DNA from: a virus
Reading direction: 5' to 3' (one strand)
DNA: 64,000 nucleotides
Virus record (IMG/VR): IMGVR_UViG_3300030616_000017
Location: 1-64,000 of that record
The number at the start of each line of letters is the position of its first letter. Position 1 is the stretch's first letter. Shown here in pieces: positions 1-11,540 of this stretch. The translations under genes and the position numbers were made by a program. Below the pieces are notes generated by a model, which was given only the letters and a program-made list of their open reading frames with translations, ran no database searches and was not told the DNA's origin.

Positions 1-1730
1 ATTGCAGCCCAGTCTCCTCTTATATCTATTCCCACCCGACCACTAAAATCGTAACCAAAGTATTTCTGAGAAGAATGAGGAGTAGATGAAGTAAGCGTAG
101 CTGCACTATCCCATGTATTATCTGCTGTGTTTTGGAAAAATTGTACAAAACCTTCATCAGTGTCATAAGCTGATATTGCTAAATAGTCTTCCCCATCTAG
201 AAACGCAAGACTCCTCACCTCTACATCGCTATCTGGAGTGATAACATATTCATCTCCCCATGTATTAGCTCCTGAGAGTTTCAAAATATGAATATTGTCA
301 GAATCATGATCCCAATAAGCTAAATAATTATCAGAAATATCAAAATAATAAATAATCTTACTTTCAATGGTAACAATATTTCCCCAAGTCGTAGCTGCTG
401 TTTTTTGATAAACTTTGAGAGCAGTAGTAGTGCTTATGAGCATATGAGTATCAGTAATTGCAATTCTTGAAGAGTAGAGATCGGATAATGAGATAGTGGT
501 GTACGTATCGTTTATAGCTATTCCATTCTCTTTATACGTAATATAAATCTTATCAGTACCACCTGATTGATAGTTTCTCCACACTTGGTGAAGAAGAGAT
601 GCGTCTTGGAAATCTACATCACTGTGATCAGGGAGCTCGTATTTAGAGAACAAAGGCGTCACAAGCTTAGATGTAAATAAATAAAAGTCCTTCAGTTCTA
701 GCAGATTCTTAACTGCATTGGAAAGAATAAATGCTTTAGAAGCTTTTTGAGTAGGTACATTACTATCAGAATTGTCAACAAAATTAACATCTGTACTCAA
801 TTCTGCTCCCGATAAATACTGAGCATTAAGATCAGTGTTTAACACTCCATCATCTATAGGAATATCACCACTATTATGCCCTTGCGCCTTCCCCTCTAAA
901 GTAGAAGCGTTTATGTTGTTAAAGCGAACTGCCTTCATTCCATAATTCTGTATTTGATTTCCTGTAATAACAGAAGCAGAAGCCCCTCTAGTAATAGTGC
1001 ATAATACATACGCCCCCTCGTCCCCACCCAGCGTTGGCGCTGTAGGAGAGGAAGCATCAGTACCTTCTAATACTTGAAATGCTCCAGAGGAATCTATATA
1101 CAGCAAGTCTACTCGGCCAAGGGTGGTAGAGGAAAAAGAAGGGGATTCTTGATCATCCTGAAACACTACTTCTCCTGTAGCTGTAATTATATTTCCACCT
1201 TTAATAGAAACTTTGTTAGAAGCAGGCTCTGTAGCTTGCACATAAAAAGGATCATTGGTTGTAGAGGGAACAGGAGAAGAAGTTTCTTGAACTTCCCCTT
1301 CACTCAACTCTCCTTTTGTTCTCTTTGTATAATCAAAAGTCTCTGAAAGAGTGCTGCCGCTCCAAAGAGCTCTTCCTACTATAAGATCTGTACTAAGCAC
1401 ATCCCCCCACGCTACAGCTAACACATCCATATAGTTATTAGCTACATTAACCCAATTGTAGCGAAGAATAATATAAGGAATAGAAGGAGATACAGTAATG
1501 GAAACAGCTTCTGTCGTCTCCACTCTTGCTCCTATCCCATAAGAAGCGTCTTCAAAGTAAGCGGTTAGAGTGGAGAGAGAAACAGTAGAGTTATCTGTTT
1601 TAGATAACCTACCTCCATTATAAATTCCTGGTTGTATAATCTTATAGAATAGTCGATTAAATGTTTGTGCTCGCAGAGCTTGCTTATAATCAAAAGTAAG
1701 ATTTTGATTCCCTTTATTTTCAGATGCCAT
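1..1730 (-). CDS. Baseplate-associated tail fibre / receptor-binding protein, 3'-truncated by the window edge; C-terminal beta-propeller (FG-GAP-like) repeats
   Basis: Not in the ORF track. ATG at 1730 (MASENKGNQNLTFDYKQALRAQTFNRLF...) downstream of the late-promoter motif at 1761-1772 and a purine-rich RBS. My manual translation stays open to base 1. Repeated xTWG/NTWD blades about 40 aa apart and FGYDFSGRVGIDIRGDWAAI at the edge. Confidence 0.75.
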   Translation of the reverse strand, partial: MASENKGNQNLTFDYKQALRAQTFNRLFYKIIQPGIYNGGRLSKTDNSTVSLSTLTAYFEDASYGIGARVETTEAVSITVSPSIPYIILRYNWVNVANNYMDVLAVAWGDVLSTDLIVGRALWSGSTLSETFDYTKRTKGELSEGEVQETSSPVPSTTNDPFYVQATEPASNKVSIKGGNIITATGEVVFQDDQESPSFSSTTLGRVDLLYIDSSGAFQVLEGTDASSPTAPTLGGDEGAYVLCTITRGASASVITGNQIQNYGMKAVRFNNINASTLEGKAQGHNSGDIPIDDGVLNTDLNAQYLSGAELSTDVNFVDNSDSNVPTQKASKAFILSNAVKNLLELKDFYLFTSKLVTPLFSKYELPDHSDVDFQDASLLHQVWRNYQSGGTDKIYITYKENGIAINDTYTTISLSDLYSSRIAITDTHMLISTTTALKVYQKTAATTWGNIVTIESKIIYYFDISDNYLAYWDHDSDNIHILKLSGANTWGDEYVITPDSDVEVRSLAFLDGEDYLAISAYDTDEGFVQFFQNTADNTWDSAATLTSSTPHSSQKYFGYDFSGRVGIDIRGDWAA

Positions 1731-1760
1731 TAAAATAGTCCTCTTTCTTCTCTTTCTCTA

Positions 1761-1772
1761 TATTATATTAGT
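1761..1772 (-). promoter_or_regulatory. Phage late-promoter motif ACTAATATAATA
   Basis: Exact copy of a 12-mer recurring in intergenic positions upstream of structural genes. Confidence 0.75.
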
Positions 1773-1775
1773 GAG

Positions 1776-4070
1776 TTAAGAATTCTGTACAAAAAACTGA
1801 ATAGCTAAATGGTTGAGAGTGTTTTCAAATTCTGTAGGAGGAAACGTGGCGTAGACTATCATATTATCATCTTCATCATATACTCCTGCCTCTGTAACCT
1901 CTATCAGCTCTGTTGTCTTGTAAGAGGCTTCTATAAGAGTGGAATCAGCTGGGACTGAATTAGCTACATAATCGTAGTATACATAAATATCTTTTCCGGC
2001 ATCGGTGGGGCTAGAAAAGGTAATAGTCACATAGCCGGTGTTGTAGTTGATCTCTCCATCACTTATTCCAGTTCCTGTTATTTCTCCATTTCCATCATCC
2101 TCTACCGTATAGTTAGCGTCTCCTATCCAAAAGTTAATATTAAATGTTCCTGGATATACATTTTGATTAGCCGTGTATGTTTCTATAGTAGTTTTAGATT
2201 CAGCAGTGTACCAACCCTCTTGAACTATACTTTTTAATAAGCTGGTGGTGAAGGAATACTCTCCAGATGCGTAGTTGATAGTGCCACTTGCCGCATCCCC
2301 TTCTAAACTCCCCTCTCCATCATCCGTAATTGTGTAATAAGAAGGAAAAGAAAAATAGCGAATGGAGAAGGTGTTCGGTTTAATGTTAGCAAAATCTGTA
2401 ATTCCAGAAAAAGATGAGGTTACATCATCTCCTACTGCTACCAATTCTTTATTCCTACTGTTGGCAGGATAAATAGAGGTAGCATAAAACCAATCATCTA
2501 TTGTACGGTATTGATTGGTGGAGAGAGTGGAGGTGTAGAGTTCATTAGATAGCATGCGCAGTGTTCCTGGCTTATTGGTGTATAGGTAGTTTCTGTCAGA
2601 AAGAGCAATAAGCTTATTATATACTCTCACACTATCAATCATTCCTCTAAACCATCCAGAACCATTATCAGAACCTATATAAACATCCCCATCACTTTCT
2701 GCTACTGTTTGATAGGCAGCATTAGTCAACTGGTCTTGTAACACATTGTTTACGTAAATAGAAAGGATGGAGGTAGAGTATTCTATGGTAAGCATAATAA
2801 AGAGTAGATGATTATCAAAATCATTAGCCGGCCATGCTACCTCATTAGCTACTCCCCCTACATTAAACTTTAATTCTTCAGTTGTTTTATCATAGGAAAT
2901 ATCAATAGAAGAAGAAGAGTAAATATAGGCTTGATTTTCTATTTGTCCAAATCTATCAGGCTTTATCCACATTGCAAGTGTTTTGTCGTCAGTTGCAACA
3001 TAGGTGAAGTCCTCAATAAGAGCCTCTGTATTAATTCCATTAAAGTGAAGCCCTTGACCACTTACCCCATCTACCAATACAAAAGATCCACTTACTGTGG
3101 CGTCGTTATTGTTAGGAGACTCATCTTGCATTATCTCTGTATTTTGATCTTCAAACTCTAAGTGTAGCAATAGGTCTTGTAATATTTCTTGATTAGTAGA
3201 AGAGAGCAAATCTTTCTGCCCTGTTCCAAACTTAAAATACGTAGGAGTTACCTCTGTTGTATAAACTGGCGTAGTGGCAGCTTTAAGTTTAAGAGTAGGG
3301 ATTGAATATGCGGCTCCAGGATTTTGATTATCATACACCCCTGAATCATCAATTACAATAGAAAGGTTGCAGCCAGGATGAGGAATATCTACAGCTTTTC
3401 TTCCATACTCCATCCCTTTTCTTAAATAGGTGAAATACTCTTCTGTAAGCAAATAGTCGGTTCCATTTTTGGTAATGAGCTCATTTATAAGATACTCTGC
3501 TGCTATGTGTTTAGTGGGGTTTATTACTAGATCTTGGTCTAGTCTCCATGCGACATCACTATCTAGATAAAAAAGAGGCACTGCGTCGAGCTGGACCTCT
3601 TCACTTCTATATTGATCAAAATGCTCTACAGGAAGAAAACCAGTAAAGGGAGCGGTCTTGTCGTGAGAGGCTAAAGAGCTTACAGTGGTGGAGACGTCTG
3701 CAATTCTTAACAGCTTCAAATAATCTTTATAGATAATGTAGATAGCTCCCGCTTTAGGAATAAGCTTAAAGAGGTATCTATAGTAAGCGTATGTGGCTTT
3801 ATTTTTAATCTTAAAAACAATAGACTCTACTTCTTGTTGAACAAACTCTAAATCTTCTTTTAGAGAGAGGTTAGGGGAGTAACCTAAAGAACGAGAAAGA
3901 GCTACCAGATCAGCCACTTCGGTGTAGAGGGAAGGATTAAGATATCTTTGTTTTTCTTCTATTTCTGTTTTTACATTAACGAGCTCTTCAGTAACTGCAT
4001 CTAAAAAGTCACTCCAAAGATCACTTTCCCGTATAATGCGCTGTACTTGTTCTTTTATATCTATAGCCAT
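1776..4070 (-). CDS. Baseplate wedge protein (gp7/P2 I-like position) with LamG/concanavalin domain and two C-terminal DDGxG...INY beta-domains
   Basis: 764 aa, follows the gp6-like gene. LamG motifs (GLHFNG, MWIKP, FRGMIDSVRVYN). C-terminal TEAGVYDEDDNMIVYATFP typical of baseplate/tail-fibre anchor proteins. Confidence 0.65.
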   Translation of the reverse strand: MAIDIKEQVQRIIRESDLWSDFLDAVTEELVNVKTEIEEKQRYLNPSLYTEVADLVALSRSLGYSPNLSLKEDLEFVQQEVESIVFKIKNKATYAYYRYLFKLIPKAGAIYIIYKDYLKLLRIADVSTTVSSLASHDKTAPFTGFLPVEHFDQYRSEEVQLDAVPLFYLDSDVAWRLDQDLVINPTKHIAAEYLINELITKNGTDYLLTEEYFTYLRKGMEYGRKAVDIPHPGCNLSIVIDDSGVYDNQNPGAAYSIPTLKLKAATTPVYTTEVTPTYFKFGTGQKDLLSSTNQEILQDLLLHLEFEDQNTEIMQDESPNNNDATVSGSFVLVDGVSGQGLHFNGINTEALIEDFTYVATDDKTLAMWIKPDRFGQIENQAYIYSSSSIDISYDKTTEELKFNVGGVANEVAWPANDFDNHLLFIMLTIEYSTSILSIYVNNVLQDQLTNAAYQTVAESDGDVYIGSDNGSGWFRGMIDSVRVYNKLIALSDRNYLYTNKPGTLRMLSNELYTSTLSTNQYRTIDDWFYATSIYPANSRNKELVAVGDDVTSSFSGITDFANIKPNTFSIRYFSFPSYYTITDDGEGSLEGDAASGTINYASGEYSFTTSLLKSIVQEGWYTAESKTTIETYTANQNVYPGTFNINFWIGDANYTVEDDGNGEITGTGISDGEINYNTGYVTITFSSPTDAGKDIYVYYDYVANSVPADSTLIEASYKTTELIEVTEAGVYDEDDNMIVYATFPPTEFENTLNHLAIQFFVQNS

Positions 4071-4094
4071 TATTTATGTTCTCTCTCTCTCTTT

Positions 4095-5825
4095 TTAAGA
4101 AGTAGTATAGTTAGCAGTAATATTATCTGTTTCTGCGATCTTAAATATTTGGTTTCTTTCTTTAAGGTCTATATTAAGAGATGATACTTCAAAATATACC
4201 TTAATAGCATAGGAGGAATAATCTTTAGTAAGCCCTGATATAACCGAAAGTACCCCCTCTCCTGTATCGTAGTTAATAGAGCTACCGGTTAAATCGTAAG
4301 GAGATTCAGCAACAAAGCCTCCTAACCCATCATCTGTTCCAACCAATACATACTCTGGAGAGGCGGCAGTAAGATCTTTAATATAAATACTCATTGATTC
4401 TTTTTCTATTGGGTAGGTGGGAGCATCCAAATCACCTATATAAGCTGAATTAAAAGTGGGATAGAAAATAACTTGAATATAAGATGAGTGATACGTAACT
4501 CCTCCTACCGTATTCAAAGCTCCTTTCCACTCCGTGTCGTAAAGAGATTGCTTAAAGTCAATATTTGTTAAGGAATAGTCCGTGGTGAATTTACTAATAA
4601 AATTAGCTTTAACTTCTGAGAGAACGTAAGAGGTGTCTCTTACAAAGATATCAGAGTTAAGAGCTATCTCTACAAATTCAGCATCTACGAACCTCACTAT
4701 ATCTGTAGGAGGCTTATCTTCCTTTAAGTACTCAATGAGTGTTATTTTCTGATCTTCTGTGAGCTGTTCTCCTGCCGGTGTAAAAGCTGATACATACACT
4801 ACGTTTTCTAGAGTCTCTATCCATGTCCAGAGATCAAGGTTGTTATCAAGATTATATTCATATGCGCCCCACACCGTAGCTTTCTGTACATAAGGGTGGG
4901 CTTGAAGTTTTACTTCATAGTCTTTTTGAACAACTGCTTTCTCTCCAGCTTGGAAAGTGTCAATTCCATTTGTACGAATTTCTTCTAACGTCTCTTCATC
5001 ACTCCCCCCGTCAAGAGCAGCAGTGTTAGTACAGAATAAAGTAATAGGATCTCCTCCCTCTGTATAAAAAGAACTCTCCACAGATGTTATAAGAGAGGTA
5101 GCTACTACGTTACCCTCTATTCCAAGAGTTTCAACATAATAGATAATAACTGTATCTCCAGTTTGAAGTTTCTTACCAAACACATCGTTTCCAAACTTTA
5201 CCGTAACTCCATCAAAATTAAGAGTGGTTTCAAACTCATACACTTCATCTGCACTATCTGATGCATTAAGGTCATCTACCTCTGTCCACTCCACTCCATT
5301 CACGGTAACCTTATAATACTCATTCTCTACACTATCATTTGTAATAGATATTTGCTCGTAATTATCCCCTTGAGCCACATGTGTGTAAGACTTTGGCTCT
5401 CCCTGCACAACGGGAATATCAATATAGTTGTCACTAGTGAGTAGGTTTTCATTTTGAATAGCTGTGAATTTAAGATCCCCTCCATCGGAGAAAACTGAGT
5501 ATTGCGGAATAGGTACAATGTCAGAGGGGGGAGAAGCGAAAGAAGAATCTGCAGACACTCTTATATTTCCTCTTGCACCTATCTTACGGTGAGGATCGTA
5601 TCCTCTAAAGCGAGCTTGAGTAACGAGAGCTGATTTCTCCGTAGCTAAATCCCATCTTGTATTACGAGTAAGAAACTCATCATATGAGGCAAGCTGAGCT
5701 ATATTCTCCGCTACAGCATCTATAATTCTACTGTTCGTTGAAAACATAAGAATTTCGGCCCATGATGCCTTACTTCTTAAACTATTTGTTATTCTTGCTT
5801 TTATACTCTCTGTATCAAACTGCAT
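4095..5825 (-). CDS. Baseplate wedge subunit (T4 gp6 / baseplate J-like)
   Basis: FDTESIKARI..., A.FRGYDPHRKIGA, VKFGNDVFGK, GGSDEETLEEIR, KAVVQKDY motifs of gp6-like wedges. Confidence 0.85.
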   Translation of the reverse strand: MQFDTESIKARITNSLRSKASWAEILMFSTNSRIIDAVAENIAQLASYDEFLTRNTRWDLATEKSALVTQARFRGYDPHRKIGARGNIRVSADSSFASPPSDIVPIPQYSVFSDGGDLKFTAIQNENLLTSDNYIDIPVVQGEPKSYTHVAQGDNYEQISITNDSVENEYYKVTVNGVEWTEVDDLNASDSADEVYEFETTLNFDGVTVKFGNDVFGKKLQTGDTVIIYYVETLGIEGNVVATSLITSVESSFYTEGGDPITLFCTNTAALDGGSDEETLEEIRTNGIDTFQAGEKAVVQKDYEVKLQAHPYVQKATVWGAYEYNLDNNLDLWTWIETLENVVYVSAFTPAGEQLTEDQKITLIEYLKEDKPPTDIVRFVDAEFVEIALNSDIFVRDTSYVLSEVKANFISKFTTDYSLTNIDFKQSLYDTEWKGALNTVGGVTYHSSYIQVIFYPTFNSAYIGDLDAPTYPIEKESMSIYIKDLTAASPEYVLVGTDDGLGGFVAESPYDLTGSSINYDTGEGVLSVISGLTKDYSSYAIKVYFEVSSLNIDLKERNQIFKIAETDNITANYTTS

Positions 5826-5828
5826 ACT

Positions 5829-6224
5829 TTATACCTTTGATTTAATTTTTTCGTCTACTGTAGTGGTTAATTTCAGTGCGGGAGCGTACACCTCTATATA
5901 GATCTGCCAGTAGCGTCTCTCATAATTTGGTGTTACGATGAGACGCCTTACCTCTAGAGCTGGCTCAAAATCTTGCTCCAGCCCATCTCTTAATGTCATC
6001 CTAATATCATCTGCTTCAAGCGCTGTCATAGGCTTAGAGAGAAGAGAAGTAAGGTAGCCTCCTCTTTGAGGATCCCTTACTACATCTCCTTTATATGAGG
6101 CAAGCCAGAGTTTAATAGATTGACTAAGAGCACTCTCTCCCCACTGCTCTGTTATCTGCCCGTTAGGATCTATGCTTCCTGAATAGTCTGTGTCGTAGAC
6201 GTATATTTGATTACTGTCACTCAT
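5829..6224 (-). CDS. Baseplate wedge / sheath initiator (T4 gp25-like)
   Basis: 131 aa, ALSQSIKLWL...GD..RDPQRGG...FEP pattern, adjacent to the gp6-like gene. Confidence 0.8.
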   Translation of the reverse strand: MSDSNQIYVYDTDYSGSIDPNGQITEQWGESALSQSIKLWLASYKGDVVRDPQRGGYLTSLLSKPMTALEADDIRMTLRDGLEQDFEPALEVRRLIVTPNYERRYWQIYIEVYAPALKLTTTVDEKIKSKV

Positions 6225-6235
6225 ATTATATTAGT
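6224..6235 (-). promoter_or_regulatory. Late-promoter motif ACTAATATAATA overlapping the start codon
   Basis: The last A of the motif is the A of the ATG at 6224; no SD sequence. Confidence 0.7.
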
Positions 6236-6238
6236 GAG

Positions 6239-6880
6239 TTATAAATACTTCCGGTAATTTAAGTGATCTCGTACACTAAGTTTAGGCCATCGAGGTTTTT
6301 TATTTGTTTTAGCTTTCTTTCCCACATGTCTAAAACCCATTAACCACCAAGGAATACCCACCACTATATCCATACCGTTTTCAAAACGAGTAAGATGATC
6401 CCACCGCTCTCTAATCTTTTTAAGGTTCCAAAACCAAAGAACTCTTGGAGATCCAAACACCACAGTATTAAGCCTATTTCTATACTCAGGATACTTGAAC
6501 CAAATAGCTTCATGAGCTAATGTAGCGATCGCTGCTCCTTGAGAGAATCCTGTAATAGAAATTCTTCCTGGTCTGTATTTGTTAATTATAAAGTATAAAT
6601 CCTTTTCTATACTTTTCCATTTTTTAATAAACCCTCTGTGAGCAAGCCACGTAGGTTTTGCTGTTCTGTAAGCCTTGGCAAAGAAATTAAAATTCTGCTT
6701 CCAGTCTAATTGTAACTCCCCATCTTTGAAAAACTCACTTGATCCTTGAAAACTAATTTCTAAAAGTTCTGGATAGCTTTCCCCACACATTCTATATTTC
6801 CATTCTGTGTCGGTTTCTGCATTCTCATACCAAGGCCCAGTTATCGCCCAATCGTACACCTCTAAGATTGTTTTATGCAT
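6239..6880 (-). CDS. Class 3 lipase (alpha/beta hydrolase)
   Basis: ISFQGS, AHRGF, GFSQG nucleophile elbow, FGSPRV, DIVVGIP, C-terminal DH. Confidence 0.85.
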   Translation of the reverse strand: MHKTILEVYDWAITGPWYENAETDTEWKYRMCGESYPELLEISFQGSSEFFKDGELQLDWKQNFNFFAKAYRTAKPTWLAHRGFIKKWKSIEKDLYFIINKYRPGRISITGFSQGAAIATLAHEAIWFKYPEYRNRLNTVVFGSPRVLWFWNLKKIRERWDHLTRFENGMDIVVGIPWWLMGFRHVGKKAKTNKKPRWPKLSVRDHLNYRKYL

Positions 6881-6924
6881 TGTTATGTTATTCCCCTTGT
6901 TTGTAATTATACTATTATGTCTCT

Positions 6925-7455
6925 CTATAACGTATTAGTATATTGATCTAGTAATTCTTGAAGGGCTTGTTTGGAAGTGGCTTGTTCTATTTGATCTTTT
7001 ACTGCCCACTTATCAGCATACGCCTCTTGTTTGAATTTTAGCATAGAAGCAGCAAAAATATTAAAATCGTCTATATGTGAGATAACAATAAAATCGTTTT
7101 CTCTAGTGCGCCAATGAAGAGGAAATATATCAAGAGCAGCACTCACTGCACTCATGTAACTTGTCATATTATTTTGAGCTTTTTCATCTGCCTGAATAGT
7201 TGAGCCTTCATACATAAAACCTTTTTCCAGCTTATTGATAAACTCCTCTTCTACTTTCTTTTTATATTCATCTTTTAAATCAGCTAAATCTTCTTCTTGA
7301 AGAATAAGAGTCTCTTGATTTAATTCTTCCCAAGTAGGCTTTACCCTTTTATCTTCCCATCTAATCTTTTCATATGCCTCTTGAGTATTAGCAGTTAATG
7401 AGCCTCTATATTTTGCTCCCGGTACAAGTCTATCAAGTGTAAGTGCTACATCCAT
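6925..7455 (-). CDS. Tail fibre assembly chaperone (XkdW-like N-terminus + DUF4376-like C-terminus)
   Basis: Directly downstream of the giant fibre; IRWED...KPTWEEL and WRTRENDFI motifs. Confidence 0.65.
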   Translation of the reverse strand: MDVALTLDRLVPGAKYRGSLTANTQEAYEKIRWEDKRVKPTWEELNQETLILQEEDLADLKDEYKKKVEEEFINKLEKGFMYEGSTIQADEKAQNNMTSYMSAVSAALDIFPLHWRTRENDFIVISHIDDFNIFAASMLKFKQEAYADKWAVKDQIEQATSKQALQELLDQYTNTL

Positions 7456-10400
7456 TATGTTATCTCTCCTATTTTATAAAAGTATGCTCTTGTATATGTT
7501 TCATGAGGTAGTGCTACTGAAAAATGGTCCCCACCTCTTAAACCAAAACCATATGTGGTTTTGGTAGATTCACAAATATGTTGTACCTCTACCTCCACTT
7601 CTGCTAGTACGCTAATTCTACCTTTAATAACTGCTTCATTTGCAGTATAATCCCCCGCCCCCACTGCCATATTAGCACTTCTAAGCAATACAGAAGAATT
7701 GGTGGTATCATATAATCTAGCAACATGGGAATTAACATCATGAGCTGGACATCGTATTTCAACGTCATAGATTCCAGAAGGAAGCGTAATAATTGCTGTT
7801 CCTGTATCGAGGGAGGCTCCCGAGATTTCATTATGAACTGTTGTATTTAAGTCTCTTGTTCTCCAAGCACCTGCTGTGAAAGTTCCTCCATCTGTATTAT
7901 ACGCTTTTCTATCCTCTACTTGAAATAGAGGAGCTGCTTCTACATTTTGATCATAATTAATTGTTCTATTTACCTGGTAGCTTTCTACTTGTTCAATCCA
8001 AAGATCAGCATAGATTTCATGTTCAACAAAGAATATATCTCCTACACTCTCTCCCCAATCATCATCACTTGTTTTGAATTCCCCGATTCGTTCTAATCGA
8101 ATAGTAGTTTCTTCAGTAAGATGAATAACCCCTCTTCCAAACGATTTAGAAGCTACATAATCCCCATTGTTACTCATTTCGGAACTACCAGAAAGAAGCG
8201 TAGCTCCAGTAGTTACATTATATAAACGTGAACTAAAGTGCTCTGTTCTATAACTAGTTAGATACCAATTCATATCATACTTACCAGCAGGAAGCGTTAT
8301 AGTATGGTTCATTGTATCCATGGAGGCAGAGTAGATTTCATTAGTAACAAGAGTATTAAGCTCTGATGTTTCCCATGTAGCTGCAGTATCCATTGTTCCG
8401 GACACTACACCTGTTCCTTCTCTTTGCTGTGCATGAAGAATAGGAGGACGATTTATATTGTTTACATTTTCTATATCATAAGTGCGGGTTATTTCAAGAG
8501 CTTCTTGTTGCCAGACCATTACTCTACCATACAGTTCATAAGCTACAGGCTCATATGTTCCTGTTTCAGCTCCCCAAACGTAACCATCAGATCCACTTGT
8601 TTGGATATAATTATCAACTCTAAGTTCAGAGGTTTCAGTGAGTACCAGCACTCCCGCAATAGTATTGCTTGTATCCGCGTAACCCCCTCCTGATCCAGAA
8701 AAAGAACTATTACCCCAAAGTTCAGTGGTAGATGTAGTAACGTTATATAAACGAAGTCTAGATCTTTCAGTTCTATATGATTTAAAATCAGCTTCTATAA
8801 AATATCTGCCTGCAGGAAGTGTAAAGGTGTAATTTGCAGAATCAAAAGTAGCTCCCGTTATTTCATTTAATACAGAAGTATTAAGTGATCTTGTATTCCA
8901 ATCATCATCAGTGGGAGTAGTGGGGTTTGTCCATCCGCTTGCATGCCTTTCTTCCATATGAAGAAGAGGAGGAGAGTTGAGAGTATTTAATGTTTGAATA
9001 TTATATTCACGAGTTATTTCTAAAGCTTCTACTTGAAGAATTCTTAAACTTGCAAAGGTTTCATTCTGGAGTAGTGAACGGCTGTTATCCATCTGAAGGC
9101 CAGAGGCATAAACTTGCGAATAGTTAACATCTACAGCAAATTGAAGTTCTATGGTAGTTTCGTCTAAAAGATCGATAGTAGTTTGCCCTACTGATTTTCC
9201 AGATCCTCCGTATGTGTTTAGAGCATATGTTCCAATTCCCTCTGCAAGGATTACAGAATTAGTAATGTCATATAAACGAGAAATACTTCTTTGAGTTGCA
9301 TAAAAATCCTGCACCCAAGAAATATCATACTTACCCGCTGGAAGAGTAACTTGATTACTTGATAAACTTGCTCCTATAATTTCATTATCAACAACGGTAT
9401 TAAGGGTGCGAGTTGTCCAAGTATCATCAGCTGCAATTGCTCCCCCCTCATCTCCTGCTCCAGCTCTATGCTCAAGCAACATTTGAGGAGGACGATTAAT
9501 ATTATTATCTCGACTTATAGTAAAGTTCTCAGTTATGTCATACGTATTGACTTTCCAAGCCCTAAGCTGTGCATTAAGAGCGTAGTTAACAGGAACGGTT
9601 ACTAATTCACGGCCCCAAGTTCTATCATCCTCTCCACTTGTATAGCCCCAATGCCGGAGTTCATATACTGTATCTCCTGTTGGCTCTACATATCCTGCTC
9701 CAATCAATTCTCCGTCAATATTATCAACGTTAAAATATTTTCTGGAGCCCATAATAGCTATTTGGCCATGAGTTACATCATAAAGAACATCCACTGCGTG
9801 TTGAGTTTCATAAGCATTTTCCCACCATTCAATCCACCACTTACCAGCAGGGAGAGTGAATTGACTATTACCTACATCAAGAGAGGCTCCTGTGCTATCA
9901 TCATGAGCTACTGTATTAAATTCTCTTGGTAACCATGTTTGATCAGTATTTGTAGAAGTAGGAGTAGAGGCACTATCCCTCTGCTCAATCATAAAAAGAG
10001 GAGGTGTGTTTAAATTGTTATCGGTAGATACCGTGAAAGTTTCTGTTATATCATAGGTGTTAATCGTCCATATTTTTATTTCAGCATTATAAAGCCAAAC
10101 AGGATGTCCACTTGGTCCTATTTCATTAGCAGCTTCTTCACTATCCCATTGTTGTTGTAATTCAATTACAATGCTAGAGGCTGTTTCGACTATTCCTGAT
10201 CCGATTGATTCTGCACTATGCCCAGCATAAACACTTTTACCTTTTAATAGCTCTGCTCCATTTGTAGCATCATATAATCTAGTAACAGTGTGATTAGTAC
10301 TATATTGGTTTCCAGAAAATTCAATATAATATTTTCCAGCAGGAAGAGTAATCTGATGATTAGTAAGGTCTACATTTCCTGTAGGAACACTTCCATCATT

Positions 10401-11540
10401 GTGCACAATGGAGTTTAATTTTCTTTTATTCCAAACATTAGCAGACCCAAAATCTCCTGGTGCGTTCCCGGCATCAAAATATTCAATTACTTGAAGAAGC
10501 GGGGGAGAGTTTAAATTGTGATCTACAGTATAAGTATGAGAAATCTCATACTCATTAAGCTGAAGAACATGAAGATGAGAAGCTACAACGGTTCCAGTTA
10601 TGGTTCCACCATGAATTGCAATGGCTTGTGAATAAGCTGTATCAACCCAATATTGTAATTCTAGAGTACTTTCTTCTGTAAGAGTAAAATACGTTTTGCC
10701 TCCACACGTAGCACTGCTTCCTGAGCTGTTTCCATGATACTGCCCTGTTCCTTGTACAATTGTAGTTCCATGAGTTACGTCCTGCACTCTCGCTGAACTA
10801 TAAAGTGTGTACATAAAGGATTGACCAAAATCTAAGTAATATGTTCCCGCTGGAAGTGTGAGTTGATGATTACTTATATCTACTGTAGCCCCACTAATCT
10901 CATTGTGTCTATTGGTGTTTAGAGGCGTGGTGTTCCATTGATCCGCACCCGCATCAGCAACGCTCACCGCAGTTTCGTGAGTAAAAAGAACACCAGGAGG
11001 AAAATTGATATTGTTTACTTGATCTACTGAATAAGTTTGATTAAGAGCGTTTACTTGCCAAAAATCAATCCAACTATAAACTTCAATATCAATATCTGGA
11101 ATATAATCATTTGCATTTATCCCTAAATCATAATTTTCTGCAGCATCATTCATTACAGCTTGGAGTTCAATTACTGTTTCCCCTAATAATTCAAATTGTC
11201 CTCCTCCTGTACTACTAGTAGTGTGCTGATAGCTGGTGTGGGCATAACCACTCTGACCTGTTAAGAGAGTAATTCCGTTTGTTATATCCCGAAGTCTAGT
11301 TTGAGCCTCCCCAGAATGACGCAAAGGAACACTCCAATTAGTTCTGTATTTCCCCGCTGGAAGAGTTACTTGATAAATATAGCTAACATTATCAACAGCA
11401 AGGGAAGCTCCGCTAATTTCATTAACTTTAACCGTATTAAGAGGAACTTCAAACCAAACATCATTTGTAGTAGTAAAGAGCCCCTCTAATGAGTTGAGCC
11501 CTGCTGTCATATTGTGCTCTACTCTCATATATGGGTAACT
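7455..11540 (-). repeat. Eight tandem ~170-aa jelly-roll (C1q/BclA-CTD-like) domain repeats in the tail fibre C-terminus
   Basis: W.T..LNT...EI.GA.....TLPAG.Y...RLYD.T....L..G recurring near 11355, 10850, 10340, 9850, 9340, 8812, 8290, 7780. Confidence 0.8.

Noticed and set aside
7455-11540. Diversity-generating retroelement target in the fibre
   Set aside because: No reverse transcriptase and no near-identical TR/VR pair differing at adenines seen; the repeats are old protein-level duplications
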